64,000 bases of DNA, from assembly GCA_028534125.1 (NCBI GenBank), contig CM052818.1:36334001-36398000 (forward strand), read 5' to 3'. Numbering within the stretch: position 1 is the first letter of the stretch; each line of letters opens with the position of its first letter. The notes under the pieces are model-generated. The model had not been told where the DNA came from. It saw only the letters and a list, made by a program, of their open reading frames with translations, and made no database searches. Source of the stretch: Lama glama (taxonomy: Eukaryota). This document shows, in pieces, positions 24,185-36,600 of this stretch. Made by a program: the position numbers and the translations under genes.

Positions 24185-24827
24185 TGAAAGGGGTGACAAG
24201 CTACCCTTCCCCATGTGGTTTTGATGAGACTCACGATGAGCCCTTGGTTACCTCTGACAAGGTCAGACTCCCCAAGTTCTCATACTTTTTGCCTCATAAG
24301 TGATTAGCTGAACTGACAGTACTCACTTATCAGGACAAAATAACCAGCTAACCTTGATTTGACCAAATTTACCTGTTTCTCCTTCCTCCAGGCTCCTAAA
24401 CTTTGACCCACCCTCAGCTTTATTCAGCATACAAGCCTTCCTTCATCAACTTCTGAAAGTAGGCTGACCACCTGGGAAAAGATTCTGTAGTCTGCTTTGT
24501 GAGCACTGCCACCTCCACCTATGCATCCCACTGTGCCCCACACCCAGTTCCTTCTGGTCTTCTGCTTGCTCCTCCCTATGAAAGAAAGGCCGTTTTCTGC
24601 CTGAACTTGGAGACAGTTGCAGAATTCACTGTCTTAACGTTCCCTTGTAACAGTAGTTGTCCCCTCACCACCACCCACCTCCACTGCAGTGGTTCCTTTT
24701 CCTCTTATTGGAATAATTGGTCTCCAGTCTTATTTCAATAGTCCCACCCCCCCCCCCGCCCCTCTTGGAATAATCCTTTCAAGTATAGTCTCCATTTGCC
24801 TAAATCGGTATTTGTTTTTACTTGGCA
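24185..24827 (+). mobile_element. Old ERV1 LTR (MER67/MER31-group-like), possibly followed by internal leader to about 25100
   Basis: TG start and end ...tttgtttttacttggCA, like MER67-type 3' ends; the downstream segment carries a leader-like GTGGTGAGTT donor. Confidence 0.55.
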
Positions 24828-25589
24828 GTTATCAGTGCTGGGATTCAAATTGATATTGGGCCTCACCTACAGTCCCCTGCCATCCCCACCCCTGCAAAGG
24901 CACCCTGTGAGTGCTTTGAACTCTTCAGTTGAGCAATTCTGGGATCCTGTGGTGAGTTCCATTTTCAAACCAAGTCTCCAGAAATCTTGTCTGTTGAAGC
25001 CCCCAGAGAAGTTACTTTGAAGAAGTTACTTATAGAGCAAAGAGACTTTCCTATCACTTAAGTGAGGCAGGGCCTCTGCCTTTTCTTCCTCCTTCATAGA
25101 ATGAGTTAGAAAGTGGTTCCTCCTGTTGTGTTTTTCAGAATATTTTGAGATGGACTGGTGTTAATTCATCTTTAAGTGTTTGGTACAACCAGTGAAGTCA
25201 CCTGGTCCTGGGCTTTGTTGGAAGGTTTTTGATTACTGATTGAGTCTCTTGTTACAGATTTTCTATTTTTCCTTGAGTCAGTTTTGGTTCTGTGTTTCTA
25301 GAAATTTGTCCATTTCATCTAGATTATCTAATTTGTTGTCATACAATTGTTCCTAGTATTTTGGGGTGACTTTTATTTCTGTAAGGCTGGTAATAATGTC
25401 CCCTCTTTCAACTTACAATTTTAATGATATGTATTTTCTCTCTTTTTCCCTTGGTCCATCCTGCCGAAGTTTTGTCCATTTTACTATGCTCCATTGTTTT
25501 TGTATACTCCATTTATCTCCACTCTACTCTTTATTTCCTTTTACTAGCTTTTGGGTTTATTTTGCTCTTTCTCTAATTCTTTCCTCTTT

Positions 25590-25698
25590 GGTGGGGGGGG
25601 GTGCGTGGGTTAATTAATTAATTTAATTTTAGTGGAGGTACTGGGGATTGACCCAGGTCCTTGTGTATGCCATGCATGCGCTCTACCACTTGAGCTAT
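25590..25698 (-). mobile_element. Camelid tRNA-Ala SINE
   Basis: ggaggtactggggattgacccaggtccttgtgtatgccatgcatgcgctctaccacttgagctat is the reverse complement of the SINE head. Confidence 0.85.
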
Positions 25699-26007
25699 TT
25701 TTTTTTTTAATTACAAGTCTAAACACTCACAAAGGACTGTAAGCTCCTTAAGGGTGCAGACTAAGGTAATATATTTGATAGCTATTCTCCAGAGCACCTT
25801 ACACAGTAGCTATTACACAGGTACCTAACTGGGTTCAGTAAATGCCTCCTGACTTGACAAAGACAGATGATCCATGACACTCAGGAATTTGCTGATGACC
25901 CTGCACCCCCTGTTCTAATTGGTAGCCCCTCCAACCATTCATTTCAGGTCATGGACACAGTGATGATCTTTGAGCATTTCCTCTATCTCAAAATGAATTT
26001 CTAACGT

Positions 26008-26183
26008 AGAGCTGTCTAATATAACTTTTTGAGATGATGGAATTATTTCTGCACTGTCCAATACATTAACTACTAGCAACATTTGGCTAGTAAATGATTA
26101 AAATATAGGTATTATAACTGAAGGACTAAAGTTTAATTTTTTAATTTAGATAGCCACATGTCATAGTTATCACATTGGAGAGT
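26008..26183. mobile_element. MER3-like hAT MITE
   Basis: gctgtctaatataactttttgagatgatggaa...ctgcactgtccaata...tagccacatg. Confidence 0.65.
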
Positions 26184-26400
26184 ATAAAATTCTAATGTCA
26201 CCAATTCAGACTTTGTCTCATGATTTAGTGTTCATAAAAATGTGTCATGTTTCTTAAAAATATAATCTCTTGAAACTCATGTTTATGGAATCAGTAACAA
26301 TTTTTCTCTGAGGACCTTTTTATAGAGTTACAGTGTCTCACCTTAACTCCATCAGAATAAAACAAAACAAAACAAAAAAACCCAACTAATGTTGTCATTG

Positions 26401-27048
26401 TGTTGCCAGTAGATGTAACTAGTGTTCAGGTTCCTGTCCTGTCCCAGAAAGAATTCAGAGACAAGACGCAGAGGTTAAGAAAGTAAAGTGAGGATTTAAG
26501 GGATAGATAGCACTCTTTCAAAGGGACAGCCGGCCGGCTTAGGTGAGTGGCTGCCCTGAGTTTCTTTGGCAAGTTGGTTACATAGAGTGTAAAAATGAAT
26601 GGGTAGAATATTCAATGGGGAGGGAAGGGTTTGGGGTTGTATTCCCTGATTTTCATCCGAACTTCACCTTCCTGAAGGAAGGAGGGATTTTTATCCTTAT
26701 TTAGTCTGAATTGGAAGTGTCATGGCATCGGTGCATCATGGGTACTTTTAATCTGCAAGGCTAATTTTATTGTAATGAGGGCAGAATGAGCAAAAGGTTA
26801 CATTCAGACAGTGGAGATTCCTGTCTTTTCCCACATTTCTTTGTAGGCCTCCAGGCTTCTTGTCACCCCAAAATGTGTGACCACTTATCAGCCCAGAGAT
26901 ACCTGCTTTTCTTTCTCTGCCCAGGGACCCCTGGTACTTACATGGTTTCATGTATTTGGCCTGTGCTCCTCCTGTCTGCCCAAATCCTGTCATTTGATCT
27001 GCATCCCCCTTTCTCTGCTCATATTTAGCTATCTGCCTCCTCTTAACA
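26401..27048 (-). mobile_element. ERV1-type solo LTR (648 bp)
   Basis: TGTT...AACA termini and a perfect 4-bp TSD attg at 26397-26400 and 27049-27052; U5-like end on the minus strand. Confidence 0.85.
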
Positions 27049-27864
27049 ATTGCTCATCCTTTCAGTTAAGTCTTTATTTTCTATATCATTATTTTCTGTT
27101 TTTATTTTTATTAATAGTTTCTCCCACTCTGTGGCTTGCCTTTTGCCCTCTTGCTTTACTTAAAAGTGTCTTTCAAAGAGAAAGCCCAGTCTATCAACTT
27201 TTTCCTTGATAGTTTGTTTTTGTGGTCTTTGTAAGAAGTCTTTGCCTACCCCATGGTAGGTTTTATACTAAAAAATTTACAGTTTTGGCCTTGTGTTTAA
27301 GTCTGTGATCACTCTGAAGTTAGTCTTTGTACACAGCATGAGGTCATGGTCAAGGGTTATTATTATTATTATTATTACTATTTTGCACAAGGAAGGATAT
27401 ACAGTTGTTCTGTATATCCTAGAATCATTTATTGAAAAGAATATCCTTTCTCTATTTATTACCTTGGCCTTCTCTTTGCAAAAATCAACTAATCATATGT
27501 GTGTCTCTTTCTATATTTTCTAGTGAGCTATATGATTATATATCTACCCTATTTGATTATTATACCTTTGTAATAAGACTTGAAGTGAGGGAGTGTAAGT
27601 TTTTTACTTTTGTTCTTTTCCTGATTGTTTAGGTGATTCTGGATTCTTTGAATCTCCATATAAATTTTAGATTGTTTCTTAATTTCTACCAAATGTCTGG
27701 TGGGATTTTGACTGGGATTAGCTTGAATCTATTGATCAATTTGGGGATAATAATTTTCATCCTAATAATATTAAGTCATCTGGTAAATCTCTCTACTTCT
27801 TTAGATCTTCCTTTTCCTCAGCAATGTTTTTTAGTTTTCAGTATATAAACATATATTTTGTTAA

Positions 27865-28041
27865 TTTTTTTTTTTAATTCTTAAAGAGATGTACACTCCA
27901 TAGGCAGAGTGCAGGCCATCTCAGAAGGCAAGAGAAAGGCCAAGAGGTACGGGGTTGGGTGTTTAGTTTAAAGTGAAAGTAGATACACCCTCCAGAGACA
28001 GAGTGTGGGCCGTCTTGGAAGGTGAGGGAGCAAGAGAGGCC
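27865..28041 (-). mobile_element. LTR R-region fragment with poly(A) tail and long TSD
   Basis: T run at 27865-27875, two related gatggcc..cactctg..tggag units on the minus strand, and TSD atatt(t/c)tgttaa at 27853-27864 and 28042-28053. Confidence 0.7.
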
Positions 28042-29094
28042 ATATTCTGTTAAATTTATCAGTACTCTTTCGAACTATGCACAATTGTTTATTGCAAGTA
28101 TATAGAAATAAATTGATTTTTTATAAATTTATCTTCTATCCTGTGACCTTGCTAAACTTTGTCTCATATTAGACTTAGTAGGTTTTTTGTTTTGTTTTTT
28201 CAGATTTCTTAAGATTTCCTATAAGATTTTCATAGGACATAGTAGACAATTCCTTCTTCCTTTCCAAATTATTTATCTTTTATTTATTTTTCTTTACTAC
28301 CGCATTGCCTAGGACATTCAGTACAATGTTGAATAGAAATGATTAGAGCAGACATCCTTGCCTTGTTCCTGAAATTAGGGGGAAATCAATTACCTTTCAC
28401 CATTCATTACGATGTTAGCTATAGAATTTTTTTGGGTGTTGTTTGGTTGGTTGAAGAAGTTACCTTCTATTCCTATTTTATTGAAATTGCTAGAATCATA
28501 GGATATTGAACTTGTTAAATGCTTTTTTAGCATGGTTATTCTCCTTTATTATGTTGATGAGATGAATTGCATTGATTATTTTAGTTTCAAATGTTTCAAT
28601 CTTGTGTGCCTGGGGTAAACCCCACTTGGTCATGATTTATCATTCTTTCTATATATTATGGGTTTGATTTGGTAATATTTTGTTAAGGACTTTTTTTTGT
28701 CTTTCTATGTAAAAATTAGTTTGTGTTCCCTTTTATGTTAACAGTTTTAACATAAGAGTAATGCTGACTTTATAAATGAGTTGAGAGATATTTCTTCTTC
28801 AATATTCTGAAAGATTGGTGTAAAATTGATATTGTTTTTTCTTACATATTGGATAGAATTCACCAGTGAAGTCATCTGGGACTGATATAACATTTGTAGG
28901 ATAGTATTTAGTTACAAATTTAATTTCTTTAATTAATGATAGGGGTATTCAGGTTATCTATTTCTCTACTAGTGAGCTTTGGTAATTAGTATCATTTTGA
29001 ATAATTTATCTACTTCACCTATGTTTTGAAACTTATTGGCATAAAGTTAAATTGTTTCCCGTTATTTATTAATTGTCCTTTTAAAATTTATAGT

Positions 29095-29320
29095 AGAGGT
29101 TGACAATTAGCAGCCCATAGGCCAAATCTAGTCTGTCGCCTGTTTATGTATATTTGTGAACTAAAAATGGTTTTTACATTTTTAAAGGATTGTTAAAAAA
29201 CAAATAAAGCAAAAACCAAACCAAAAGAAAGAATATATGACATAGACCATGCGTGGCTTGCAAAGCCTGAGATATTTACAAACTGGCCATTTATAACAAG
29301 AAAAAAGCTTGCTGACCTCA
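29095..29320. mobile_element. MER58-like hAT MITE
   Basis: gcccataggccaaatctagtctg...aaaatggtttttacatttttaaagg...gcaaagcctgagatatttac...ttgctgacc. Confidence 0.7.
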
Positions 29321-30388
29321 AGCCTGTAAGGTCTTGAGTGATGCTTACACTTCATTCCTGAAATGTGTAATTTGGGTCTTCTCTCTTTTTGTCCCCTTTG
29401 ATTGATATGACTAGTGGATTATCTTTCCTTTTTTAGTTTCTTTTTATGAGAATCAAGTTTTGATTTAATTGAATTTCTCTATTATTTGTTTTCTATTTTA
29501 CTGTTTTATGCTGTCATATATGTTATTTCCTTCCTCCTGCTAATGCGTAATGCCTTTGAGATTCATATAAGTTTTGCATGTATCACTAGTTAATTCTCGT
29601 TTGTTGTTGACTAGTATTCTATGTTTTGGATGTACCAAAGTTTGTTTAACCATTGACTTATGAGTGACTTTTTTTTTTTTTTTCCATTTTGGCTATTACA
29701 AATGAAGCTGCAATGAACTATGGTCTACAGTTTTTTATGTGGATATAATTTTCATTTCTTTGGAATAAATATCCAGGGTTGTAATTGCTGGGCTGTATTG
29801 TAAGTGTATATTCAGATTTTTGAGAAACTGTTAAACTGTTTTTCTGATTGAGATTTGTTGTATCATTTTACATTCTCACCAGCAATGTATGAATGATCCA
29901 ATTTCTTTGCCTCTTCATCAGCATTTGGTATTTTCACTATTTTTTGTTTTAGTTTTTCTAATAAGTATTTAATAACTCCTGATGGTCTCAATTTGCATTT
30001 CACTACTGGTTAGTGATGTTGAAATATTTCTATATGCTCACTTTCCATCTGTATATCTTCTGTGAAATATCTCTTCTGATCTTTTCCTCATTTTCTAATT
30101 GGATTGTTTGGTTTTTTAATTTTGCATTTTGAGAGTTGTTTTTATATTTTAGATGAGTCCTTTGTGAGATAAATGGCTTACAAACATTCCTTTCAGTCTG
30201 TTGTCTGGTTTTTATCATCTTCACTGGGTAATTCATAAAGCAAAAGTGTTATACTTGATGAAGTCCAAGTTACTCTAAGAACTCTACTCTTTTTGTCAGT
30301 TTTATCTCATTCTTTTAAAATTTACTTTGTCATTTTTTGCTTATTATCAGCATTTTCTAACCTTTGATCTGTATTACATATCTGAATA

Positions 30389-30649
30389 GAAAACAGTCCT
30401 TTGTGTGTGCTAATTTGCATACCATATACCTCTTCAGGATATTTCAAATACTACTTAAAGCCAGCCTTCTGCAGGAAGTGAAATTGTTTATTCTGTTCAA
30501 TGATCTCATGGCTAATTGACACAGGAAAACTCCCAGGTCTCATTCCATTATGAGGTCTCCACACCCAAAAGAGGCCAGCATTAAATGATGGTTGAAGTGT
30601 CCTGGTGAGGGTGTGGTATGCAAATTAGTGTAAGAAGGATTTGTCTTTC
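30389..30649. repeat. Imperfect inverted repeat (arms about 80 bp) with an octamer motif in each arm
   Basis: ctaatttgcatacca (30410-30424) and tggtatgcaaattag (30614-30628) are exact reverse complements; similarity extends on both sides. Confidence 0.85.
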
Positions 30650-31299
30650 CTGGAATCCTTACTGTTTCCCTAACAGAAAAACTCTCTCAATTCTCAAGGC
30701 ATTACGCAGTTTTGTTGAACAACTAAGAGCTTGGATGGCTACAATTCTCTAATTTTGATGTAGATTGGTGATTTTTACAAGACTTTTCTCGAGTCTTCAA
30801 TTTCTCTTAGCTAGGCAAACAGGAAGAACTTCTGCCAATAGTAGACTCTCTATAGCTAAGGTACTGAGAATTTTTGGAAATGAACATAGTTCCTACATAC
30901 AGCAGAGCTTTTCAGTGTGTTCCTTAATCTTTTTCCTTGAAAGTTAAATCACACATTTTATATCTTTGTGTTCAGCTTTTTGTATTCTTAACTCCTGCGT
31001 GGGCGGAGCGGGCTTTTAGGAGGAAGAATTCATTCTTTATGATTCTTCCTTAGATCCGGCTAAGGGTATAGAAAACAACACTGCCTTGCTTTGTTTAAAG
31101 ACGCAGGGTTCTAGCGTTTGTTCTTTCTTAAGCTTACCGTGTGTCAGATACCCCACAGATCTATTTTATCATAGTTACCATTCACATTTTTACAGCCATG
31201 AAAAGTGCGACTCAAGTTCACTATCTTGCATTGGGTGTCCCTGGGATTCCAACTCAGGTCATGCGCCCTCACCTTCACTGGTCCCCTCCCAACCCTCGC

Positions 31300-32400
31300 C
31301 TTCACCGGCCGTTCCTTGCTCCATCCAGGCGACCTGGGGTGATGGTAGGGGTGCTGGGATACTCAGCCTGGCAGGGTGTGAAGGCTCCAAAACCAGCTCC
31401 TACTCGCGAGCTCGCCCGGCGCGCATCCTGATTTTTCCCATCCCCCGTCCCGAGGCGGCCGGCTAGATCTGGAAACCATAGAGTTGATACAGCCCAGAGC
31501 GTCCCTTCCCTGACCGCCCAGCGCTGACGGCTCGTCGCTGGGCGGGGCCTACTGGAGGGGCGGGGGAAGAGGAGGGAGCTGCCGGCATGGGAAGGGCTGG
31601 CCGGCCTTGCAGCGCCCTCAAGCGGCCACGGCCGGAAGCGGTCTCGTAGGCCCTGCGGCGCTGGAGCCCTGACGCACGGAGCTCAAGAGCGAGAACGGGA
31701 GAGAAAGGGGCAGAAATGGCGGCTCCGCTCGGCTCCCGCTGAGGAGGGCGAAGCCGGCGGAGGGTCTGAGCTGTCGGCCTGGAGCATCGCTTCCGTCTCC
31801 CGCTACCTGCCTTCTCACGCCGACTTCTCTTCCTCTGCCCTACTCTTGCCTGTCCTCGTCTGCGCTCCGCAGAGACCGGGTCGGCTTGTCTCTCCCGGCC
31901 CGGCTCCACTGGCCCTGATTGCCCGGCCGGCGGGCCGGCCTTCCTTGGCTCTCCCGGGCGCGGCGGGCGCGGTGTGGACCCCGTCCCCCTGGCTGGACCA
32001 TGGTGAACACCCGGAAGAGCTCCCTGCGCCTTCTCGGGTCTAAGTCGCCCGGGCCCGGGCCTGGGCCTGGGGCCGGAGTAGAGCCTGGGGCGACTGGAGG
32101 CAGCAGCCATTTCATCTCCTCTCGGACCCGATCCTCCAAGACCCGCGCTGCCAGCTGCCCCGCCGCCAAGGCCGGGGGAAGCGGCGGCTCCGGCGTCGCT
32201 CTGGACGAGGCCCGGGTAAGAGCGCGGCGTCCCGAGTCCGGAGGCTTCACGCGTCGGCCCGGCCGCCCGGCTTTGTCTGGCGGGGTTGGGGCAGGAAACC
32301 TCCAGTGGAGACCGCTCGGGCGGCTGGAGACTGGGGCTGCGGGTGCGGTGGAGGATGGCAGCCGGCTAGGTAGGGCCGCGACAGCTTTGCTGGCCCGGCT
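31300..32400. promoter_or_regulatory. CpG island promoter / 5' UTR / exon 1 of ATAD2B
   Basis: CpG-dense. GC boxes near 31540 and 31557, ETS-like CCGGAAG near 31632, YY1-like AAATGGCGGC at 31714-31723, CTCGCGAG (core of the BANP-type motif) at 31403-31410, and EGR-type GCGTGGGCG at 30997-31005 just upstream. Confidence 0.88.
32000..32215 (+). CDS. ATAD2B: ATAD2B coding exon 1 (216 nt, 72 codons)
   Basis: Kozak gaccATGG. Encodes MVNTRKSSLRLLGSKSPGPGPGPGAGVEPGATGGSSHFISSRTRSSKTRAASCPAAKAGGSGGSGVALDEAR, the ATAD2B N-terminus; donor CGG|GTAAGA at 32216. Confidence 0.96.
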
Positions 32401-33502
32401 CTTTTGTGTAAAGAACGGGACTTGAGTCCAGGGGAGAGGGCTCTGGGTGTGTGTGGGGGTGTCTTTTCGGGGACATTGGAACGGCCTGCTTTCAGTGTCC
32501 TTGTCCTGCCTGAGAGGGGAATTCTAGGGGAGCAGGAGCGAAGGGAGTCCCTGGGTGGAAGGGCTGGAGAGGAGAAGTGAAAGTTTTCTGCGGTGTCAAA
32601 CCCTTCTTGTAAGTGTGTCAGCTCCTGCCGGTGTCTAACTCCGGCTTACGCTCAAACTGTTTGGGGGTGGTTCAAGTTAGTGAGGAAGTGAACGGAGAGC
32701 TCCAGTTGGCAGCCAGGCGGGGATGCTGAAAAAAAGTTTGTAGCTGCTCTGACACCAACTTTAAAAACAAAATCAACACCATCGCCTCTCCAGGCAGGAG
32801 CGATCAAACGTGATACTGTAGCTGGAGAGTCAGCCAGCCAGCTAACCAGGGTTCTGGTAGGGACCCAGTAGAGCTTTCTCGTAGAGCCTTCATGTTTCAA
32901 AAGCGGCACTTCGAAAGAAACATGTCGAATGTTGTGGATAGTAGGCACTATCATCTCCGAATTGTATGGTTTATTGGATGTCCCCATTTTTGTAATGGAA
33001 ATAGTTTATAAAAGGTGAATTAACACCATCGTTGTCACATTGCTGTAAAAGTGACATTTGAAGAAGGACGGTGATGATTGAGGTTTTTTTTAAAGTGATA
33101 GATCTTGAAATTTTATTACAGTGTAAAGCTGGCACGTGTTTTTGATCACTTTAAAGGAATTGTTAAGGTTGTTTTATGAGACTGGTTGTGAATTCGAAAA
33201 AGTGTTGCTTCTGTCTAGAGAGAGGTTGATTTACCGGGAATAGCTTGACTGGAAATTGTCAATTGAAAATACTCATTTAAATTCACACCATTTTGTTATT
33301 CTTAGGGGAGGGAGGTAATATTTTATTTTCTGTAGTGGTCGACAAGATTATGGTTTGTGTGTACATTTTCTGTCTCATACTGGCCTGACACGAACGAACT
33401 GAGACAAATACCACAGACATGTTTAACTGTATTTTTCTGAACTATAATGTATGTTTGAAAATATATTTGGCTTTTAGTTTGCTAAAAATCTGGAAAAATA
33501 GG

Positions 33503-33608
33503 TTTTTTTTTTTGATGAGGGGAGGTAATTAGGTTTGTTTGTTTGTTTATTAATAGTGGTACTGGGATTGAATCCAGGACCCTGTGCATGCTATTCACGA
33601 TACTCATA
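33503..33608 (-). mobile_element. 5'-truncated camelid SINE
   Basis: T tail, ggggaggtaattaggtttgttt body and a partial tRNA region; imperfect TSD ctggaaa(aa/c)tagg. Confidence 0.8.
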
Positions 33609-36600
33609 CTGGAAACTAGGCTTTCTGTATAAATTATTCCAAACATGTACAAGGTTATTGACTTTCTGAAGCTAACATATATTTTAAAATAAAAGTAATT
33701 TCAGAAACATTTGTTCTCTACCCTTAAGTACAAGTGAAATATTTAGAGTGTAAGCATTTAATTGTATAATTGCTATGAATAACAAGTCTATCAGAGCAGT
33801 GTCTCTTTATCTGAAGCAATTAGCTCATCTGTCACTGATCAGTTTGTGGTCCCATTTTTGAATTCATGGATATCATGCTTTCCTTACCCCCTGAGGAATA
33901 AGGTGAAGTAATTTGTCAAGCAGCTGTTAGGAGACATTAAAAGGCAAGGAATCAATAATCTAATGTAGAAATGAATATGTGGTAGCTTTTAAATTGCTAA
34001 AAGAATGAAAGCTGTTAGCTCTTTCTAGAAGGATGCTAATGAAACTCTGTTTCGAAGGTCCTCTTAAAGTGTTTTAAATGACCATAAACAAGAGACTAAT
34101 AAAGATTTGAAATATTTGTTTTTCAGTTTTAAGATTTATATTCAGGCTCTAGTAGATGATAGAGTGATCTAATTTCTTTCTCTAAGAAATTTAAGAAGTT
34201 AACTAATCCTATGTTGTGATTGGTTTTTTAGAAGATGGTATATTATAAGTCTGAACTTAGGCTTGTGGATTGTATATTTATGAAGCAGGCTGTATATTTC
34301 TTTGCTATGTATTTCTGAAATGGATTGATTTGAGTTGGATAAGCTCTCCCTCTCAAGTTGGTTTTACATTACAAGAATTTAGCACCTCTCCTTGTTCACC
34401 CTTTCTAGTGTACTTTAAAGGCACCCTGTATGTCTGTGGTGTCTTAGACATTTGCTTAACGTCTGTAAAGACTCACTTGGTGGAAAATGGGGTTGCTTGT
34501 GCTGTTGCTTTAGGAAACTCTTATTTCTGTAGGAAGAAACGTATTCCTCTTTTTACAATATGAATTGAAGAGGTTCCCCTTTTTCTGTTTTGTGTGATGT
34601 TCTTCACTTTACACTTGATGCTGATTGTTCTCTCCCTCCCCTCTCTTTTTAGACTATTTCATCCATTGTCTGGACCTACTTCATTTGCTTAAAAAGCCTT
34701 AGGACCATGGGCTGTCCTATAGCTTTGCCTTTTCCCCAAGTATGTGCAGGGTGGGGAAATAAACATACGATACACTCTGTAGGTTATCGGAATGATTTTC
34801 TTGTGCTCAAACTTTTTTAATGTCAAGTTAACTTGTGCTCTGTAGTTAGTTGTATGTAATTAGTATATACTTGGCTTTTTTGTTTGTTTAGCATGGATTA
34901 GACTTGACCTCTTTTAAGTCAATTAATCTGATCATCAGTAATTAGCATTTATTTGCTCCACCTAAGAGTCACTCTCAGCAAACTAATACTGTATTCACAG
35001 AATCTGAAAGCAGTCTTTGAAAAATATTTCAACTTTTTCTATCTGTTAAGCCTGTTTGACGGTATGTTTAGCTTGTCACTAGCTTTTTGTGTTTTTTTGA
35101 GTCCACATCTTAGTTGTGAGGATCAAAATGCATATTTTAAGTAACTTTGTAGGTAAATTTTCTTTATCTTAATTTTATTAAAAAAACCCCTCTCTATCCT
35201 TCTTTAATACGCTTTCCCCCCCATTTTTCATTCTGTACTTATTCTTTTCCGACTCTCATGCATTTGCCAGCGTAACACAAGCAGAGTGGTCAAAACTGAG
35301 GGATAAACATGAAAAAGAAGTCTGAGAAGGAAATGTAGCCATGTAGATAACTCTCAGATGAGTAGGGAAAAATTCAAGTTCCTCAGAGTAGAGCAAGTTT
35401 TTCCTTTTATCAAATTCACATGGAGCATCACATAGGCGATACTGAGTAACGTGGTAAAATAATTTCTCCTGTCACAATTTTGAACCAAAGCAGCTGTAGA
35501 GTTCATAGGATTATCTCTGGTGTCCAACTGAAAATACAACTTAAAAAAATTCAATTATTGGCCATTTCTGTAGTCCAAGTAGACAGACTTGCAGTTTGTT
35601 AGGTCATGGGTGAAATTTACAACACTTGTATAAGTAAATACCTATTAATTTCTTAAATCATTTTCCCTGGCAAGTTGTCTTTTAACTATCTTTTGATGGG
35701 TCCTTGATTGCATGAATCCTAAATACCTAATTGTAGATAAATCTATAACCTGAAAGTTAGGTGGACAGGTGGTAGGATTAACCCTTGTTAAAAGAACTAA
35801 GGAGCCCAACCAGTGTCTGCACCTGAATGGGGAGTGATCTGTCTCTTCAAGGATCCACTTCAGGAAAGTCCTGCATTTGAATTGTGTATTTGGATTGTTT
35901 TTTTGTTGGCGAGAGAGGACATGCACAATGAAGTTTAATTTGTGTACATCACTGAGTAATTTCTTGATTTCTGGGTTTTTGGTCTTTTGCTAAGAATATC
36001 TTATATTTCTGTTATGTCTTCCTGGGGGCATAACTGCTCCCCCTCTGCTGCAGGAGGATTTTGTGAACAATGAGTTATTGAGTAAAAAGCGTTTGGATTT
36101 TTGGATAAAAAGTTCTGTGGAAGTACAAAGTTAGGGAGAGAAGCCATATGTAAAATGTATTAACTTTATTTAAATATGAGTTAGACATTTTTAGAGAGAG
36201 AAGTGTTGTATGTGGCTTACATCAAACAATAGAAAAGATATCTACATTAAAATTAGTAGGCTATAATTAGCTTTCAGGTGCTTTGAATATATGAATATAT
36301 GCTGTAAGAGTCTAAACTTCAAATGCTTTTGAATTATAAAGTATTTTGGTATAAGATTTTTTCCCCCCATTTTTAGATTGTTATTGTAGTTTTATCTGGA
36401 GGAAAGATATATATACCTTTGCTTAAAGTTTTTTTCCCCAGACCCTTTTATTAGATTGGGTTATAAACCCCATAAGGGTGGCCTCTATAGCTTGTTTTCC
36501 CCCTAACTGCTGTATTCCCAGGGCCTAGTGCAGCATCTGGCATATAGAAGATGCTTAATAAATATTTGTTAAATGAATGAATGAACAGCTTATTAAGGAG

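Larger units (their letters stand above)
27100..30270 (-). mobile_element. Old L1M ORF2 and 3' UTR fragments
   Basis: Degenerate ORF2 reverse-strand motifs (gagcagacatccttgccttgttcctga, aaaccccacttggtcatga, cattctcaccagcaatgtatg). Confidence 0.8.

Noticed and set aside
31463..32425. Antisense ORFs and a 27-codon N-terminal extension (from TTG at 31919) of ATAD2B
   Set aside because: CpG-island artefacts. The ATG at 32000 has an excellent Kozak context and matches the known N-terminus, and the ORF tail past 32215 is intron.
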